The translations under genes and the position numbers were made by a program. A stretch of 64,000 nucleotides of DNA, taken from NCBI GenBank assembly GCA_004764695.1, contig SMSO01000034.1, forward strand, positions 3,472,001 to 3,536,000, in the 5' to 3' direction. Position 1 is the first letter of the stretch. Each line of letters begins with the position of its first letter. The notes beneath the pieces were generated by a model. The model made no database searches and had not been told where the DNA came from. It was given only the letters and a program-made list of their open reading frames with translations. This document shows positions 62,301 through 64,000 of the stretch, in pieces. The DNA is from Schizochytrium sp. TIO01. Lineage: Eukaryota; Protista; Bigyra: Labyrinthulomycetes.

Positions 62301-62689
62301 CTAGCTCTAGCAGCAGCAGCAGCAGCTCTTCTTCGTCTAGCTCCAGCTCCTCATCTTCTTCTTCGTCGTCTTCGTCCAGCTCCTCTAGCTCCAACTCTGG
62401 TTCTAGCTCTGGTTCTAGCTCTGACTCAAGCAGCAGCTCTTCTAGCTCCAGCTCCAGCAGTGCCTCCAGCTCTAGCTCCAGCTCCAGCTCCAGCTCCAGC
62501 AGTGCCTCTAGCTCCAGCAGCTCCAACTCTGGTTCTAGCTCTGACTCAAGCAGCAGCTCTTCTAGCTCCAGCTCCAGCAGTGCCTCCAGCTCTTCTAGCT
62601 CTAGCTCATCCGACTCTAGCTCCAGCAGCGAGTCTGGCGCCCGCCGCCTCTTCAACTGGGGCCGCAGATTGCTTCGCGGAACGATGTAA
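56390..62689 (+). CDS. Giant secreted VWA-domain mucin-like protein, about 2099 aa; paralog of 24755-27397
   Basis: The ORF track starts at GTG 56303, but ATG 56390 gives the signal peptide MLKNWAVAVATLLCAVNSAAA, matching the paralog. VWA motifs DVVLVFDISGN, HFGAMCLD, ETNLFLGL, KLIIVFSDG. PTSKPTKKPT, SGSGCTGSDCGS and poly-Ser blocks. Ends ARRLFNWGRRLLRGTM. Confidence 0.93.
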   Translation: MLKNWAVAVATLLCAVNSAAAVTTCIFDVVLVFDISGNSSYIEAQQESAINALPYFNIGTANSKDHFGAMCLDDQVSVQRDLANFTSNDDTKNYIHYDVVASTSNETNLFLGLTHAKEMMVNARDYATKLIIVFSDGNNNIENVNKTTVYQYCDGMTNKKKTADGYEISCLAGIVEDAIDNMDVNVLYSPIMNSSGDVFQTSPLSNYVMELEPYLEAIVRSDNCSSITGGNTTIVTGAPSSGGLDGGSPTASGSSSTPKPTSKPTLNGGSDTGNENGSTSKPTAKPTSKPSTGSSTGNENGSTSKPTAKPTSKPSSGSSTGSTSKPTAKPTSKPSTGSSTGNENGSTSKPTAKPTAKPSSGSSTGSTSKPTSKPTSKPTSENSVTPSPTTKPETGNGEGTTDAPTSKPTKKPSSGSGSSTSAPTSKPTKKPTSGSGCTGSDCGSSPTAEPTSEPTAQPTSNGGVQTSTSAPTSKPTKLPTSGSSTGAPTSKPTKKPTSGSGCTGSDCGSSPTAAPTAEPTAQPTSNGGVQTSTSAPTSKPTKLPTSGSSTGAPTSKPTKKPTSGSGCTGSDCGSSSTGAPTSKPTKLPTAGSSTSAPTSKPTKKPTSGSGCTGSDCGSSPTAAPTAEPTSGSGCTGSDCGSSPTSAPTISGTVETSTGAPTSKPTSGSGCTGSDCGSSSTSAPTSKPTKKPTSGSGCTGSDCGSSSTSAPTSKPTKLPTAGSSTSAPTSKPTKKPTSGSGCTGSDCGSSPTAAPTAEPTSGSGCTGSDCGSSPTSAPTTSGTVETSTDAPTSKPTSGSGCTGSDCGSSPTAAPTAEPTSGSGCTGSDCGSSPTAAPTVTAPPSQGGESSGNTDAPTAQPTSGSGSSTSAPTSKPTKKPTSGSGCTGSDCGSSSTGAPTSKPTKLPTAGSSTSAPTSKPTKKPTSGSGCTGSDCGSGPTAAPTVTAPPSSGGESSGNTDAPTAQPTSGSGSSTSAPTSKPTKKPTSGSGCTGSDCGSSSTGAPTSKPTKLPTAGSSTSAPTSKPTKKPTSGSGCTGSDCGSSPTAAPTAEPTSGSGCTGSDCGSSPTSAPTTSGTVETSTGAPTSKPTSGSGCTGSDCGSSSTSAPTSKPTKKPTSGSGCTGSDCGSSSTSAPTSKPTKLPTAGSSTSAPTSKPTKKPTSGSGCTGSDCGSSPTAAPTAEPTSGSGCTGSDCGSSPTAAPTVTAPPSSGGESSGNTDAPTAQPTSGSGSSTSAPTSKPTKKPTSGSGCTGSDCGSSSTGAPTSKPTKLPTAGSSTSAPTSKPTKKPTSGSGCTGSDCGSGPTAAPTVTAPPSSGGESSGNTDAPTAQPTSGSGSSTSAPTSKPTKKPTSGSGSSTSAPTSKPTKKPTSGSGSSTSAPTSKPTVEPTSGSGCTGSDCGSGPTAAPTVTAPPSSGGESSGNTDAPTAKPTKKPSSGSGSSTSAPTSKPTKKPTSGSSTSAPTSKPTKKPSSDSGCTGSHCGGDSPTAAPTVKPTTSGTVETNTDAPTSKPTKKPSSGSGSSTSAPTKSPTKKPSSGSESTPAPTPLPTSSCSGSGCGSGSTASPTSKPTKKPTSNGNSESNTDAPTKKPTKQPTSGSSTDAPTAKPTKNPTSSSGSSSGSSSSSSSSSSSSSSSSSSSSSSSSSSSSSSSSSSSSSSSSSSSSSSSSSGSSSSSGSSSSSSSSSSSSSSSSSSSSSSSSSSSSSSSGSGSGSSSDTAAPTKKPTSSSSSSEGTTSAPTSKPTKKPTSASSGSDNGSTAAPTKKPTSSSSGSGSGSSTSAPTKKPTSASSGSDNGSSTKAPTAKPTKKPTSSSSSGSSESSTSAPTKKPTSASSGSDNGSSTSAPTKKPTSSSSGSDNGSTSAPTKKPTSSSSGSSSSSSSSSSSSSSSSSSSSSSSSSSSSSSSSGSSSGSSSGSSSSSSSSSSSSSSSSSSSSSSSSSSSSSSSSSSGSSSSSGSSPTKAPTKKPTSSSSSGSSSSSSSSSSSSSSSSSSSSSSSSSSSSSSSNSGSSSGSSSDSSSSSSSSSSSSASSSSSSSSSSSSSASSSSSSNSGSSSDSSSSSSSSSSSSASSSSSSSSSDSSSSSESGARRLFNWGRRLLRGTM
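57680..60830 (+). repeat. Hierarchical coding repeat array with about 23 CTGSDC units and nested duplications
   Basis: Identical shadow ORFs recur at offset 1089 (58947 vs 60036; 58960 vs 60049). Near-identical ones recur at offsets 315 (58947 vs 59262) and 1266 (58362 vs 59628). Confidence 0.92.
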
Positions 62690-63377
62690 TATCCGAACCG
62701 TCAAGATCTTCAATTCTGATAGGATCGATAATCAATCAAAACAGATCTTTATGAAAATATCTTTTATCTTACCTAAGTTCTTTCTTGGCTTCGTTGCAGC
62801 TATGTTCAGACTTATGGCACACATAGTTAGTTACTTAGTTCTTTGGTGAACTTGTCAATTGGGTTTGTGGATTCCGAAAGTAAACGCTTAATTGAGAGGT
62901 TTCAAGGCTGGGAATGGCCAAACAAGAACGAATCTCATCGAAGAATGCATACAGATAGTTAGTCACTTTCACAGCGTAGACGAAGCCAAGGCAACTGTCG
63001 CGGAATGAATGATCAGTTCTCTACAGCGGTTGCATGTTATGAAGAAATCATGGCACCGCGGGTACAGCTTGGAGGTGGAGTGAAGGCTTGGATTGAGACA
63101 TTCAACCAGCTTGGAAATTATGTCGGTACTGCGACTGACCCAAACTCAATTTAGTCGTTATGTATCCCACATATAAAAGCACTTAGCTTTTGCAATAACC
63201 AAGTAAGCAATTGTGGAGAGGCATACAGCTTATATGGTGCTCTACTGCTATCTTAAAATATCCAAAGCTGTGTTCCTTGTCGAGTTCTTTTCTGTCGCAC
63301 CATCCATCATCATGTCTTTGGTTTTTGTCTTCGTCTTAGCTTTAAACCCAACGTTTTGTGGGTCTTTCCCTGTGCGA

Positions 63378-63412
63378 GACTAGCACGAGGGGACTAGCAC
63401 GAGGGGACTAGC
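63378..63412. repeat. 14-bp tandem repeat GACTAGCACGAGGG, about 2.5 copies
   Basis: Read directly from the sequence. Confidence 0.85.
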
Positions 63413-64000
63413 CACTCCCTAGGCACTTCTATGTACTACAGCTTGGGAGAACTATGAGTGTTGAGTCGTATGTTTTCCAATAGTTACATTCTTATCCTCT
63501 GCTCTTTTAAAAATGATCCGTTGTGTTGGCGCGGATGGTCACTCTCAAAACTCCCAAGCTTGCAACTCAAACTTATCCTTGTCCTAACTTGAGCACAGCT
63601 AAAGACCAGATGAAGGCAAGGCATCGCCCATGTAGCTTTGTGAGCTTGCCATCCTCAGCGAACAATATCTTTGAATTCAAAGATAATAATAGAGCAAGAA
63701 TACTCAACACAGTATAAGGTGTTGTTCTTAAGTGGTGCGCTGTCCTGGTGTAACAGGGAACAGGCTTGCGGTGTGCCCAGTATTTTCATTTGAGAGTTCC
63801 ATTTGGAGTACCTTTTTCGATATAGTTGTATTGGTCGACTAGCTAGATAGTTGCCCCAAGTCCTTCCTTGTGGTCTCTGCTCTTGTTGAGCGAGTCAGAG
63901 TAGAGACCTAGGTAAGTGAGCTTTCCTCTTGCGCGTTTGGAGCGCGCGGGAAATCTCCCTGCCGACGCCCGCAGGATTGGATCGGAGGCATCCTGCAGAT

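Noticed and set aside
63005-63154. Short frame containing QLGGGVKAW, like the rhodanese C-terminal motif
   Set aside because: Only about 49 codons and no other rhodanese motif; at most a decayed fragment.

Overview
Eukaryotic genomic DNA. Intronless genes, dense tetranucleotide microsatellites, PT-repeat secreted proteins and C-terminal RxLRG tails suggest a stramenopile protist, possibly a labyrinthulomycete/thraustochytrid; this is inference only. Four credible protein genes lie in 64 kb, all on the + strand. One is an ankyrin-repeat protein with RVxF-like motifs (1520-3013). The other three form a family of secreted von Willebrand factor A (VWA) proteins with mucin-like stalks: 5861-7516 (VWA + PAN/Apple + PT repeats), 24755-27397 (VWA + PTKKPT/poly-Ser) and 56390-62689 (VWA + about 23 CTGSDC mini-loops + poly-Ser). 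The last two are close paralogs, have no TM or GPI anchor, and both end in a conserved RR-x-LRG tail. Heavily decayed non-LTR retrotransposon (LINE-like) copies lie just 3' of the first two VWA genes and in an AT-rich block at about 7.6-14.7 kb. That block also holds a perfect 177-bp tandem duplication with a template-switch junction. The two large VWA paralogs are preceded by about 9 kb and about 27 kb of gene-free, microsatellite-rich DNA. No rRNA, tRNA or CRISPR array was seen. The best candidate for an undescribed system is the VWA-mucin family: variable disulfide-closed loops, non-canonical MIDAS motifs, block-copolymer stalks and a processed basic tail.
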